A stretch of 60,653 bases of DNA, counting the filler, from Sluysia triapertura (taxonomy: Eukaryota): NCBI GenBank assembly GCA_046118255.1. It is 5 parts of 5 records of this genome, joined end to end, with 100 filler letters (N's around TTAATTAATTAA, not from the genome) between each part and the next. Parts side by side here need not be neighbours in the genome. Positions count along the whole stretch, not along the records: positions 1 to 11,242 come from JBJNIA010186902.1; positions 11,343 to 22,214 come from JBJNIA010192318.1; 3 more parts are not named here. The stretch is one strand, 5' to 3'. Both the position numbers and the translations under genes were made by a program. Position 1 is the first letter of the stretch, and the number at the start of each line of letters is the position of its first letter. Of the stretch, positions 1-13,508 are shown piece after piece. The notes under the pieces were generated by a model that ran no database searches, was not told where the DNA came from, and saw only the letters and a program-made list of their open reading frames with translations.

Positions 1-17
1 ATAATAATAATAATAAC

Positions 18-74
<57 letters not shown>
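1..74. repeat. (AAT)n microsatellite
   Basis: Seen directly. Confidence 0.95.
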
Positions 75-75
<1 letters not shown>

Positions 76-862
76 GTTTATAATTAGATTAGTGATTATA
101 AACCTCTATATAAAATGATAGTAACAAATAACTGTATATTTTAAAATAATCCATATGACCATTTAAAATCTTGATTCAAAAGTGCGCTGTATTTTAAGGG
201 GGTAGCGTAACTTCAATAACTTAAGATATTGAATTATGAAATTGTTAAAATTGTACACGCAGAAACAAAACGTAAATAGAACTGTAGATAAAAAAGTGGA
301 TATTCATCTTTTTATAATTTAAAGCTAAGTATCGTTAAGTATTTTTTGTGATTTTATTTATGATTTTTACTATCTATTTAAAAAGGCAGGGAAAATGGAC
401 AAAATTTAAATTGATTTTTTAAAATGAAATAGAACTAATGTCGTTTTATTCACATTTAATTGCGAGAATTTATGAATATGGAATGATTCTATACTGTTCT
501 GGAAATCATGATAAATTTGTGTTATCCGATTCATTAAGACATCCCATAAATTTTTTAAGACACAATTTATTTTCCAATAAGACATTTTAGATGATATTTT
601 TATTTTTAAAATTTGATCATTTGATGTTGAATAGTGTTGTCATTTTCTTCATAAAAATGTTTTCAACGAGAAAATCTTTAATACTGAGCTTTAAGTTGTG
701 TGATTTATTTTATTGTATATATTATTTTTGTATCGTATTATAGCACTATACGACGTATTTTATTTACAATATGGACCTTAAAGGTCTTTTTAATGATATT
801 AATGTTTCATATAATTATAAATGATCTTAAAAGGCTATATTTAATATTATTTTTTAAAATAA

Positions 863-864
<2 letters not shown>

Positions 865-919
<55 letters not shown>
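865..919. repeat. (ATT)n microsatellite
   Basis: Seen directly; it explains the poly-Ile ORF at 700-993. Confidence 0.95.
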
Positions 920-923
<4 letters not shown>

Positions 924-3900
924 TAATGTCAAAATCATTATTATGATCATTATTATTTCATTAATATTATTTACACTATTATCATCGATTTAATGCTTTA
1001 TTATTTTTTTAATCACTGTTATTATTTTGGAATATCAGATTCAAACTCACTGAGTTTAGCGCTTCTATTTCTGGCAAACATAAGTTTTAGTGATAAATTG
1101 ACCTAACTTTATAAACAAAAATCAAGTGAATAAATATAATTGAACATTAAAACTTGTTAAAATTTAAATAAAATAAACTTACATAATGATTAATACATTT
1201 TTCATTACAATTTAACAGATTTTTTTAATTGAAATTTTAATAGTAAAAATATTTTTATATGTAACAAAACACCTAACTCATCAAAAACGTTTGGCAGCCT
1301 TTTATAATAATTGAAATATTATTAGGCAACTATTCTCATAATTAATAAAACAACTGAATATGTAGAAACAAAATTTAACGGTTATTTCAGTAAAAATATG
1401 ACTACATTTACAAGACATTTTACTAATTTCATGTTTAGAGTATGTTGAATAATTATCAAATATTTAAAATTTACATTTAGTTTAAATGTTGTGGTGTAAA
1501 TGGAATCAAAGATTTCAATTATTCATATGAATGGAGAAATTACACTGCCACTCCAGCTGGATGCTGTAGATATAATTTTAAATTTAAATTTCAATGGCTA
1601 AAACAATGTATAGTTTCTGTATATTTGTATTTAAATTTTGCATTTTTTGTTTTATGATAATTATTGGTAATTTGAAGTTATAGTAAAAAATAAGCAACCA
1701 TTTTGAGTAGGTTTTTTAGATATTCTTGTGTTGCGTTGAATAAGATCATTTTGCCAAACTTTATATATCATGGTCGGTGGAGTAGATATATATGTCCGTC
1801 CTAGGCTGCTCTAATCCGGTGTTATTAATTTTTGAATAGATGTTGTTAAATTGTAATATCCACAGTTTGTATTTGTGTCATTTGGTTGTGCATAATAATT
1901 TTAAATTAATATTATAAACTAAATTACAAATTAAATTAATTACGATCCTTTAAGAATACAAAATAATTTTGAACCTCGATAAATTTTAAACAAAATAAAG
2001 CAAGCAAAAATTATAATCTATATCCATCAAAATATGTCATATTGGTGAGAAGAATCAATCTTTATTGTTTATACCAGTTATTTTGTTTCGAATATTAAGA
2101 CGTCCGTTAAATGTCTATGATATATTCATAATATTCATTTTTTAATTTGCTTTAACGAATTAATGTGTCATAGTAAACATTTGATAAATTGAATTTATTT
2201 AAAGTACCATTGAGAGATGTTACATCTTTGATGATATTGAAATGAAGATTTTCGGTATTTTGTATATTTTCATTTTGTACATTATCATCACGAAATGAAT
2301 TAAGAAAATAATCAAATTCTTTGTATAATCATTCTTTTCTTGACAATGCTATTGGAAGAGCATGATACAACACATTTGATACCGCATTTGAAAATGGTTT
2401 TGGAAAAGTTGATATAGGATAACCAATCACGTCATTAATCGTATTCTTCCGATTTTAAGTTTACGCATGCTTTTGGCATTTGCAACTTAAAAGTAACATT
2501 ATTTCGAATATCCTACTAATTGTGTGCATCTGTAACTGTCAACAAAAAATTGATTTATCATTATTATAACAGCAAATATACATTAGGAAGGATATGCTTT
2601 AAATGAGTTAAAGTTTAAACAATTGAAATCAAAACAGTTTGTATGCAAATTAAAATATTATTCATGGGTTATTTTTGCAACTATATCTCAAGAAATAAGA
2701 ATTCAAATTATGTGCTGACATATATGTTATGATCCAAACGAATTCCCTAATTACAAAAAAGAAATTAAGAACAATTAAGGACATAATCCAAAACTCAATT
2801 ACCACTAATTCAATCATGGTTCGTCATACCTTCCAATTATGATAAAACGATAAATGATGCTACAATGGTAATAAGAAGCATTCATTATCATCAAGTTTTT
2901 CTACGAATAAACAATTAATTGTATGTTGTGTTATATTTAAAAAAATATTGCGGTTCAAAACTTTTTATTTTTTTAAAGGTTTTAGGGTTTAAATATTGTA
3001 ATTAGTTCCAAAAATTCTTTAATGTAACAATAATTTTGTAGTATTGACCTTAGCATTTATAATGCAGCATTTATAACTCGGCTAAAAAATAAAATATAAA
3101 TAAGATATCAGATTAAAAAATATAAGAATTAACTTCGAATTATTTTTAAGTGATATTCCTAGAATTTAGAATATGCAAATATTACAGTAACGCATAGGTA
3201 GGACCATCAAGTATTTTAATATGAGTGCAGGTTATCATTAAAGTTAGAACAATGTAAGAGTAAGAAATAATAAACATTTAAAAAAACAAAGCTATATAAC
3301 CATAAACGTTTTAAAAGTAAATCAACAAGTTTGCATAATAATGAAACTGATGTTAATAGTTTAATTCCACGTAATTCAATCAACACCAAAAATTCACGCT
3401 AATTTGTTGTAATCGTTTCTTTACGATCATCATTGAAAAGCTAGAGTCCCACATAATAATTAAAAGTATTAAAGATATTGTAGATCCTAATAAATTTAGG
3501 AATCCAAGAAATATACATAACTACATTTTCGCCGAAACTCATTTAGGTTCATTAAGCTTCAAACTATTACCTCCGTTAATAACTTTAAATATAAAACCTA
3601 ATCAACAAAACCGTTATCATGAAAGCTATTTCGCAGGAAACCAAAGAAAAGAAAATCATTGACAAAAAAATAATTTAAAGGCAAGAAAACGAGAAAAATA
3701 TATATATTAATGAAACATGATTCCACATTTGACAAATATCAAAAAGTGAACAAATAAAATAATAAATAAATAAATAATGGCAAAATTACAAAATTCCTGC
3801 CGAACTATGCTGTAATTTTGCAATATTGATCACATGAGTTATCACGAATGTGAAAATCTTAAAGAAGATTAATAATACGAAAATTAGAATATGGATCACC

Positions 3901-6900
3901 ATATTATGTGAAATTTATACGACATTATTGTTGATTATGGTTATATGAAGTCGAGATAGCATTAAATGGTTGAATTAATCATTTCAAACTAATCATGTTT
4001 GGTATATGCTCCTGAAATTATTTAGACCAAAAAATAAGTTTATTCACAATTATTAGAAAAGGCAAAATAAAAATTGTTTATAATTAAACAAGTGTATGTA
4101 TAATAAACATTGATTTAATTGTTTTAAAATGAATTTAAATATTAACGAATCATACCAAATTGTAAACACAATTTATTCTTGTAAAACATATTTTATACGC
4201 AAAGTACTACAAAGTAATAAGTTTAATAAAACACATTGGCATTATGGTGGTGATGGGAAAATGGGATTAACTCAAACCGAATTTCTAAAATTAAAAAATA
4301 TTAATTGTTTTGAAGGAAATTGGTCAAGCATATTACAAAAACACGTAATCGTTAGTAACCAGTGTTAAGTAAATTAAGTGAAATTAAAATTTAAATAAAA
4401 ATTTAAGCTGGATTTATAGTCAAGTTTTTGAAAAGTTGAGAAACTAAAACATGTTATGTAAAACCAGCTGAACAATTGATAGTGATTTCAAACATTTTGT
4501 TATTGACTGTTAATGAAAGCATTGAAATGTATGCAGAGTTATGTAGTTAAAAGAATGGCTTGTTAAAAGTAAATTTTATTAAGACCAAATTTTCAGACTT
4601 AATATTTTAAATGGCTATTCATTTATTAAAACTTCGAAAGGTTAATTCGTGCACATAGTGTCATTAAAGTTCGAAATTATGATATTTTATTTTTTTTAAT
4701 TCAATATCGTCTTTTTTAAAATATGATAAGGTTAATAATCATAGATATCGTGCTAGTCATGAATTAAATTATGAAGATTGAACTTCTAATGATTCGTTAG
4801 CTTACAAAAATTGGAGCGAAATAATTAGTAATAATAATAACGAGGCTGGTATCTACATTAATATCGTATGAAAAATATTACGAAACACGTGTGCCGTAGA
4901 TTATAATTAGTCGAATATTTTAAAATAAGATTTAGGAAATTGTAAAAATGTAGTCAATAGCAGATTAACTTAGTCGATTTAAAATAATTTCAATTTAGCA
5001 AAGCAAAAATTTGTTACTTGCGTATAAAGTAATCAATTTATCTTCTAGAGATCTTGGTAGATATTTATGTGCGGCATGATATAAGTACTATTTAAGTAGA
5101 AATTTTAATCGGATTTGTCAATCATTTAATTTAAATTATGTTTTGTTTGTCATAGAAACCACAATTTATAAAATAAATCATGATCTTCAATTATTTTTAG
5201 ATACAAAAGATGAACTTTATGCCAATCTTATAGACTCCAAGTGTTACAAAGTACCATACAGTTGGTCATCAATGAACATGATGGGATGTAAAAGTAGCTT
5301 GCTTCATAATATCGATAATGGATATTGGATTATATTTTTTTTACTTTCTGCTTCAATTGTATTAATGGTTAGTTTCTTTTGAATTAAACCTAAATGCAGC
5401 ATGTAAACAATGAAATTTCATGTGCATAATTAGTTTTTGTAGAGGAATCTAGTTATAAAAAATCGTTATTTTTAATTTAGTAAAAAATTCTAATATTAAA
5501 TGATTTATTATGCGTGGATGTCAATTTTTCTTCAATTTTAAAATCAACCTCGACATGGAATTGATTTGTGTTTTATTGTGAATCTTTTACCTAGACTAAA
5601 TTTGGTTATATGATCAGTATTCAATAAAACTACAATGTTTAAATATTAACAATTTTTATTTAATGTGCGTTTTTTATGATGATAATAAAATCAAATTATG
5701 ACTCTTATTTTTCAGTGCAGATTTTTATATAAAAAGCAATGACTACATTTTCTTGAATCAAAAATTGCTAAAATTTTGGACTATAAAGAATCTCTCATTA
5801 ATAAATCAGACAAAAGATTGAAGAATCAGAAATTCTTCTGATGCAGTTATAAATAAATCTTTCTTAGCACATTACATTTAGATTTTTATTTAAATTATGT
5901 GTTCACAAAGTTTATTGACAAAAATGTACAGATTAAATTATTTAAGTTCATGTATCCGATCGATTAGAGAGACATTTGATATAGAGTATACTCTCAGATA
6001 TATTCGTCTTTGACAACTTACATTTACATTAACGATAAAAGAATCTTGTGGGGCACCTACCAATTAGGTCACTGTAGTAAACTCTATAAGTGCTTACTAT
6101 ATTTAACTTCTTTTTAGATGCAGTAAAAGTTATTTTCAATTAGTACATTAATTTGATAAGAGAGATTTTATCAATGAAGAAATGTCAGAATTCATAATTT
6201 TTAGTTTTATAAACAACCAAAATGATAAAATAAGTAAAGCAAAATTAGATTTAGGTGGTGATATACTGGAACAAAAATCAATTAAGTGGAATATCTAATT
6301 TTAGAAAAATTGTACAAAACTGATAACTAATAATGTAGATTATTAGTTAAATTCTTACGTATTTAATCATAAATAATCAAATATTATTATAACAGAAATG
6401 ATGATGAACCTAATCTGTTCTTATAAAAGTTTATCTACAATTTAATTTATTATATCTAACTTAGCTGTATATTAGATTTGGCTAAGACGCAGTTTACTAT
6501 AGGTTTATTATATTAACTTTTGAAATGACAAATATATAACCAAATTTACATAGCAAAGATACCATGGAAAAATAGCATATAAAAACAGCAATTAGAAACA
6601 AAGTCACAAGTAATTGAAGTTTCAATATTCGAACTAGCAAAAATTTAAAAATTCGAGTCTGTATTAGTAAAATTATTAAAATAAAAAATACGAATATTTA
6701 AATTATAAAATACTAAACAAAATATATGATCAATTTTGTTTTAAAATCTTGAAGATATACAGCATAACTCCTTATTTGTCTGTTAATCTATATATATTTA
6801 TAAGTGTATAGCCTAATTTTGTTTATTATTGTGGTAAATAAAACTTACTCAAATTTAGATATATTTGTAGTACAGTTCAATTTCACTTTTGTCCTCCCAT

Positions 6901-7018
6901 TAGAACGATAGAATCTCATATTTAATTGGTTAAGAGATATATTTAACATTACGTATTTGTTCAATTATAAACTTATTTGAGGAAAAATATGTCTAACGTG
7001 ACTTAATAACAAGCATTA

Positions 7019-7426
7019 GGAAAACACGAACTTTTTTTAAAAATTTGGAAAACACATTAACTTTTTCTTCAAAATTGGACAATACTAATTTTTCTTTGAA
7101 TTCACCTGATGTCATAATATTTTCAGACAGAGACAAGGGTATTCTAAATGCTTTGCAATCAATGGCTCCAAACTGCTCAAGCTCATACTGTATAAGGCAC
7201 ATTGCTAAAAATTTAAGATTGAAATTTAGAGATGCGAATGCTATGAATCATTTTTGGAGAGCTGCGAATACATTTTCAGAAGCAGAATTTGACCAGATAA
7301 TGTCAAATTTAAGGACAATTAATGAAAAATTTTACAGTAACTTTGTCAAAGAAAAGTTAGTATTGTCCAATTTTGAAGAAAAAGTTAATGTGTTCTCCAA
7401 AGTTTATAAAAAAGTTCGTGTTTTCC
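7019..7426 (+). mobile_element. Mutator/MULE transposase catalytic-core fragment enclosed by 81-bp inverted repeats
   Basis: ORF 7045-7488 contains IIFSDRDKGILNALQSMAP..YCIRHIAKNL..FWRAANTFSEAEF, matching the MULE SDRxKG motif and CxxH motif. Arms 7019-7099 and 7346-7426 are near-exact reverse complements. Confidence 0.85.
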
Positions 7427-8744
7427 AATTTCGTATCTTCCAATTTTCCCATAAAATTATTAATTTTCGGCATAACTTTTTAAATTAATCTAATTTTTTA
7501 ATATATCAGTTTATTAACTATTCATAACGATATTTGTCTTACTTAAATAAAATTTATTGTGCATTCAATTTTTATCTTTCATTTGTAACTTTAACAAATT
7601 AGAAAAAAAGGATTGAGAGAGAAATGTACAGGACATCATGAAGTAAGCTTCGAATACAATTGTGACTAAAGCGTAAATAACGTGACTAAATAAAATAGGG
7701 GTTGGATAAATAAAATTTGAACCCAAGCTAATGGAATTTTAATAGTAGAGTGTGGGCGAATAAAATATAAAATTATAATAGCCATTTGATAAAGCACTTC
7801 CATCTCGAACAACCGAGACGAGTATAAGACTCACGTTATCATTCGTACATATTTGATAAACATATTATCATTAAGTAAAGTTCTTCGTTAATTAGAGCCT
7901 GATATCGAGAAAATAAATTAAGGAATAATAGAGATCAAAATAATACATTATAATATTAATTAGAAATCTTTGTAGTGAACAAGTGATAGATAATAGACGT
8001 ACATTAATTAAAAACCCAACACAATAATTTGATCATGTTGAGCAACTCTAAATTAAAGCGCCACTGACCAGATTAAATACCGTTTTAGTAAAGACAACTA
8101 AAAGATATATACTTTACAAAAAATAACAAAATATTTTATTAGTTACATGAAGAAATATAATATTAAAAAATGTTATTTTCAAGTGATGTATGTTCGTTGA
8201 AACATAGGAAAGAATGTGATGTAAAGGTAATTTTTTATTTTAAGTAGATCAATAATAAAATTTAAGACTGTGACAAAATATTCCTTATCAATGTTTATTT
8301 AAATTAAAAATTTACTTTAACTAGGTCAGTAATTAAAAAATTTACAATATTATAGCAAATTATTCCTTATTAAATTAATAGTTAAAAATATATTTTAAGT
8401 AGGTTAATAAAATATTCTTGATTAAAATTAATATTTATTTTAAAAAAAATTAAAAAACGTTACCAAAAGCATGGATCTTCTTTTCACGATCACCTGTGCA
8501 TGTTGTCTCCAATTTTTTATGTGTGAGTAAAAATGCCTAAGTGTTTTAATTTATACTTTTATGCCATCCAATCATTTCTACATTCGTAATAAAGAATTAT
8601 TCTTACACAAATCATCAAAACCTCTTTTAAAGATTAAACCGACTAAAACGACCTGTCATGTAAAATATAACAATTCGATTAACAATAAACTTTTATTTTT
8701 TCTTCTACCCTACTTGATCTACGCTACTCACTTCTTACATTACA

Positions 8745-8745
<1 letters not shown>

Positions 8746-8780
<35 letters not shown>
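8746..8780. repeat. (ATT)n microsatellite
   Basis: Seen directly. Confidence 0.9.
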
Positions 8781-8781
<1 letters not shown>

Positions 8782-8789
8782 TTGACATA

Positions 8790-9680
8790 CTTAAAAATAA
8801 TGAATTTAACTTTAGTTTTTGCATTCTAATTAATTTTCAATTCTTCATGCTCAATTTTTAATGGAAAATGTTTAAGGTTCTCATTCCCTAACAAACGCTT
8901 TCACAAACACTTCAACCTCATTTTCTGATTCTACTCTTTCATAGCAATCATTTTATATTCAATTCATTATCTTTTCATCATTCTAAATATAAAAATTACA
9001 GCATTTTTTAATTAAAAATTAATTAAAATTCCAGTTTGTTCATTATGGAAGCTTTCCTATTATGAACTCGGTCAAACCTTATCTTCAAAGGAAGGTCTCT
9101 TTAAAACACACTTACAGTTTGAACATAGCTTTCCTCATTCAAAAGTTATTCACACAAACGTAATCTTTCTTAACTAAGTTAATTAAGATTTTAATTAATT
9201 AATTATTTATTTTAATTTATTTTATTCTAAGTTTAAAGGTTTTATTATGGTTATGAAGTTTATAGATACTTTATAAGGTATTCAGGAGGCTCTAGACGTT
9301 TTCACCTTCACCACTCTAATTCCTTTTTCTACTTTTTTATTTCATTTATTAATGTATTAAATTTATCTTTGATATTATGAACCCTGATTTTAATTCTTGA
9401 ACATTTCAAAGGTTACAAACATTTTACAAGGTTATTCGAATATCTCAAAAGTTTAATAAGGTCTTAAATATCCTCAAAGATTCCGAAAGATCAACAAGGT
9501 TCAAATGATCCCATGGTTCAGAAATTCAAAGTTATCTTTACACTTCAAGACATCTTTTTAACATTACTTAAGTCTTCATAAGGGTCTCAATATCCTACAA
9601 AGGTCTTTAGAACTCCAAGGTGTTCCTCGGTTTCAAAACGATTATAAACATTCCACTGTTCATTATCCTTGCTCTAGGAA
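8790..9680 (-). repeat. Dispersed repeat family A (about 0.8-0.9 kb, non-coding), copy
   Basis: Shares blocks such as aaagataa(g/a)tttaa..aagtagaaaaa and gagtt(c/t)(c/t)aaagacc with copies near 30.2, 35.9, 45.3 and 48.2 kb. Boundaries approximate. Confidence 0.75.
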
Positions 9681-11242
9681 TATTTAATTATATTTATAAT
9701 ATCATATTTCAGACATTTTATATCACTTTTCATTATAAATTATACTCCAAAATAAGTCCACTATCCTTGGTTAGTGACTTCACTAGAGATGACAATGGAG
9801 ATTATATTTATGATAATTGATAAATTGAATAATAAATTTTTTTTGAGTTAATTTTTTTATTTTGGTTGGAAGAAAATGAAAACTGGATCGGGGCCCACAA
9901 TTTAAACAATATGATAAGTATTTTCATTAATTAATTTATAGTAATATTATATTGTCGAATTTTATTTCAGAGTCGCAACATCCTGATTAGTAATTTTTAT
10001 ATTTCATATTCCCAATTTTACATTCCACCATGCTCATTCAATAACCAAATCTAAATTGCATTTATATTTTATTTCTTGTCTTTGAAAGCAGAACATTCAC
10101 CCACAAAAGATTAGAAATAATGATCTGTTTAAAATGTGCCATTGATCACAATAAATAATAATTTAAATAAATGGACTCTATTCAGATATAGTTCATATTT
10201 ATTTACTTTTGTAACTATTTATTTGCTCAATGTCTTTATAATTTTATACATTTATTTAATTTTAGATCCAGATCCAAGAGGTAATTTCTTCTGCAAGTCT
10301 TTCTGATTCAACAAAATATTTTAGCAAAACATTTAATGTTTCTTAACTATTAAGAACACTGGCACAAACTTTTACTATGTATGAAATATAAGATGAGAAA
10401 ATTAATTAAAACTAACTATTTTTACGTTTTGTGCTTCGCAGTATTTCATAATATTTGAAGGTTCAAAACACTGATAAATTTCGGCATTCTATTTCCTTAT
10501 TTAAACGATTTTTACAAATGCTTTTATTTGTAAATAAATGTTTATAAAAATAAATGTTTTTATTTTCATTTACGTAAAATAGTTAAACATGAGTTAGGAT
10601 ACGAGTTCAAACGTCAAATAGGCGTGTTTGTCTGTGTAATTACGAAAATCTGGCTCTATTTTGTATGCTCCAAATCTGCAGTGAATAATGATTTAATAAT
10701 TTGATGGAGAATGACTGATTTAAAACGTATTTGAATTTATTAGATGCTTTTAATAATCTAATTACATCAGTTGGTCTAGGTTTAAATGTAACTAAATTGT
10801 TCGAATAATCTTGTGTAACCAATCATTTGAGAGCTCTGGAAGCTGAAATGGAAGTTACGCGTTAATGTGATCTTATATTCTGTTAATGATATGACAAACC
10901 CAATCTGAAGTGTGGTGACTCAATTCATAACACATAATTTTACATCTAATCACTTTACAACTCGTAAAATGTTCAACACAAATTTCAATCGAAGTCATAT
11001 TTTTAGATCATCAAATAATCCTTTCAACATTTAGCGTTATTCGTCAAAGAATTTTGTGTTTTAAACTCTACACAACCATTTAATTTACGTTATTCATTAA
11101 AGCAATTTGACTTTAAAACATTCAATTATAACGTTGATATTAAACAATATTGTGCTAGAAATCCTCATCGGGCACAAACATTACATATTTCATATAAACT
11201 TTTACTTGATACTATACATAATTATTCTGCAAATCTCACAAT

Positions 11243-11342
11243 NNNNNNNNNNNNNNNNNNNNNNNNNNNNNNNNNNNNNNNNNNNNTTAATTAATTAANN
11301 NNNNNNNNNNNNNNNNNNNNNNNNNNNNNNNNNNNNNNNNNN
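11243..11342. other. Artificial contig spacer (44 N + TTAATTAATTAA + 44 N)
   Basis: The same 100-nt structure occurs four times; TTAATTAATTAA puts a stop codon in all six frames. Confidence 0.97.
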
Positions 11343-12800
11343 TTTAGTGAAGGCTTAAAAACTTAAATATAAACTTATAACTTATCAAAATAAAGGTAAA
11401 CTTATTCAAATATCAAAACTTAATAACAAATGTTAATTCAATGGGATAAAAATTCAAATCAAAATCAAATATCTTAAAATTAAATCAAGAAAACTTAATA
11501 AAATTCAAGTAAACTTGGAAAATATCGACGATTGCAAATCAAAATCTTATAACACTTAATGGGGAAAGTTTTATCAATAAACTTAAACTTAATACAATAA
11601 AATAAACTTTTAATCAAACTTAAAACTTGTGTAACTTATCAAATAAACTGTATATCTTAAACATATTATCAAAATTAATGTTAAAAATCACGCAAATATC
11701 TTATAAAACTTAAAATATAAAAAACTTATAAACTTTACTTATCAAATCCAAAATGATACTTAATTCAATAAAATTGCAGGAAAATCGTAATTATAAACTT
11801 ATCTTTTATCCAAATTAGGGGTATAACTTACTTAAAACTTATGTAAAATTCAAATAATCAAATGAAACTTAACAAATACTATGAAAACTCAATAAAATCC
11901 TTGTAAAACAACTTAAATCGACTGTTAAACTTATATAACTTACTGTCAAATTTATAAAAATCGTAAGAAACTTAGGAAAAACTTAAGAAACTTATAAATG
12001 TTTATTTATACTTAAACGAAAACTTATAAAAGCCAAATACGTAAGGGGTAATCAAAATATTCACTTATTACAACTTAAACATAATAGAAACTTAACTTAA
12101 TTATCAAAATATTCGATAAAACTTGGATTCATAACTTAAAATAATCAAAAAATAACACTTAAACTTGTCAAAATTCACAATTCAAAAGATTAAACTATAG
12201 GGAAACTTGACTTAATCACAAAATATGCAATATAACTTACTCATATAGCTTAAAAACAAAAAAATTAAACAACATAAACTTAATTTTAGCTTACTTAAAA
12301 ATCAAAATAACAATAAAATTCAAACTTATATTTTTAAACTTATCACAGTCTTAAAAACGACTTATAAAATGCATAAAATTATACAAAATTAAACTTAAAA
12401 CCCAAATTCCAACTTTACTCTTAAAAGTGTTAAAACTTAAAATTACCAAAAGTTCAATGCTTAATCTTAATTTCAACTTGCTTAAATATCTTATAATCAA
12501 TGAAACTCAAACTTATAAACTTAAATCTTATAAATTACTAGTCATAATTACTTAAAAATAACTTATAAAATACAAATCAATGCAAAAACTTATAGAAATT
12601 CAAACATAATACTTAAATAATGAATTAAAACTGTAAAAAATTCAATATATAATATCGGATTATAACACAAATCGTCAAAAACTTAAAATTCAATGTTTAA
12701 TTTTACATACTTCTCTGTAAATACAATCAATCTTATAAAGTTCAATGCAAAAATGTTAATATGTCTCAAATTATCTCAAAAATTTAACGTATATCTTAAC
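11343..12800 (-). repeat. Long low-complexity AAACTT-rich tract, the putative 5' leader of the LTR element, cut by the contig end
   Basis: Dozens of AAACTT(A)/AAAATC variants; the + strand is G-poor; no credible ORF; lies directly downstream of the PBS. Confidence 0.6.
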
Positions 12801-12803
12801 TTA

Positions 12804-12821
12804 CTCCCATTTCGGGCGCCA
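12804..12821 (-). promoter_or_regulatory. Primer-binding site complementary to the 3' end of tRNA-Lys
   Basis: Minus strand TGGCGCCCGAAATGGGAG versus the canonical tRNA-Lys PBS TGGCGCCCGAACAGGGAC; it lies 5 nt after the terminal CA of the LTR. Confidence 0.8.
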
Positions 12822-12826
12822 CATTT

Positions 12827-13508
12827 TGCTGTGGTTTTCTTAAACTTAATACTTAAAATAAAAATTGAGCAGGGTCCGGTTATAGTAAATGACTTATATC
12901 ATACGGAAGACTTATATCATACTAATTACATGTAAATCTTAAAAATCTTACTTATCAGGGTCAACCTATTCCGATAAGAATTAACAACAATGATAATTAA
13001 CAAAAACAAAGACTAATTTTAAGCAACAATAAAGAATAATATGAAAACTGATAAATATAATTTAAAATTAAAATCCTAACGAATCTTTAATTAAGTTACT
13101 GAGTTTATAAGTTATAAAAATTCCCATCATTATATCGGGGCGATTGAAAAATAATTTAAAAAATTTAATTTAAATTTTAATAGTTTAATGTCTCTACCTC
13201 CTCTACGAAGGTAGAAACGCCTTAACAAAATCAACTTATTGTTGACAGGGATTTGAAATCGTAGAAAAGTATCCCAAAAGTAGCTAAGAAAACTAAAATC
13301 CGATGACCAAAATTTGCTTAACAAATCTTAAATGGAGCCTTACAAAATTAAATTTGCCCTTGTAAAAATTAAGTAACTAGTTTATATACTATTCATCAAC
13401 CAATAGAAATCGACAGAATTTTTTTTAGAAATTAAGTTTTCCTTTTAAGAAAATAAGTTTAAATTAATATTGTAAGCTGTTTTTCGTGTGGTGGCCAACT
13501 TCTCTACA
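12827..13508 (-). mobile_element. 5' LTR of an LTR retrotransposon (probably Ty3/gypsy)
   Basis: On the minus strand it runs TGTAGAG...CACAGCA. It has CCAAT and TATATAAA motifs near 13380-13405 and is followed by a PBS. Homologous to 48667-48743 and 49004-49805. Confidence 0.8.

Noticed and set aside
700-993. 97-aa poly-Ile hydrophobic ORF
   Set aside because: Produced by the (ATT)n microsatellite.
10250-11000. Possible MULE N-terminal remnant on the minus strand (KPRPTDVIRLL)
   Set aside because: Too degenerate; no catalytic motif could be confirmed.
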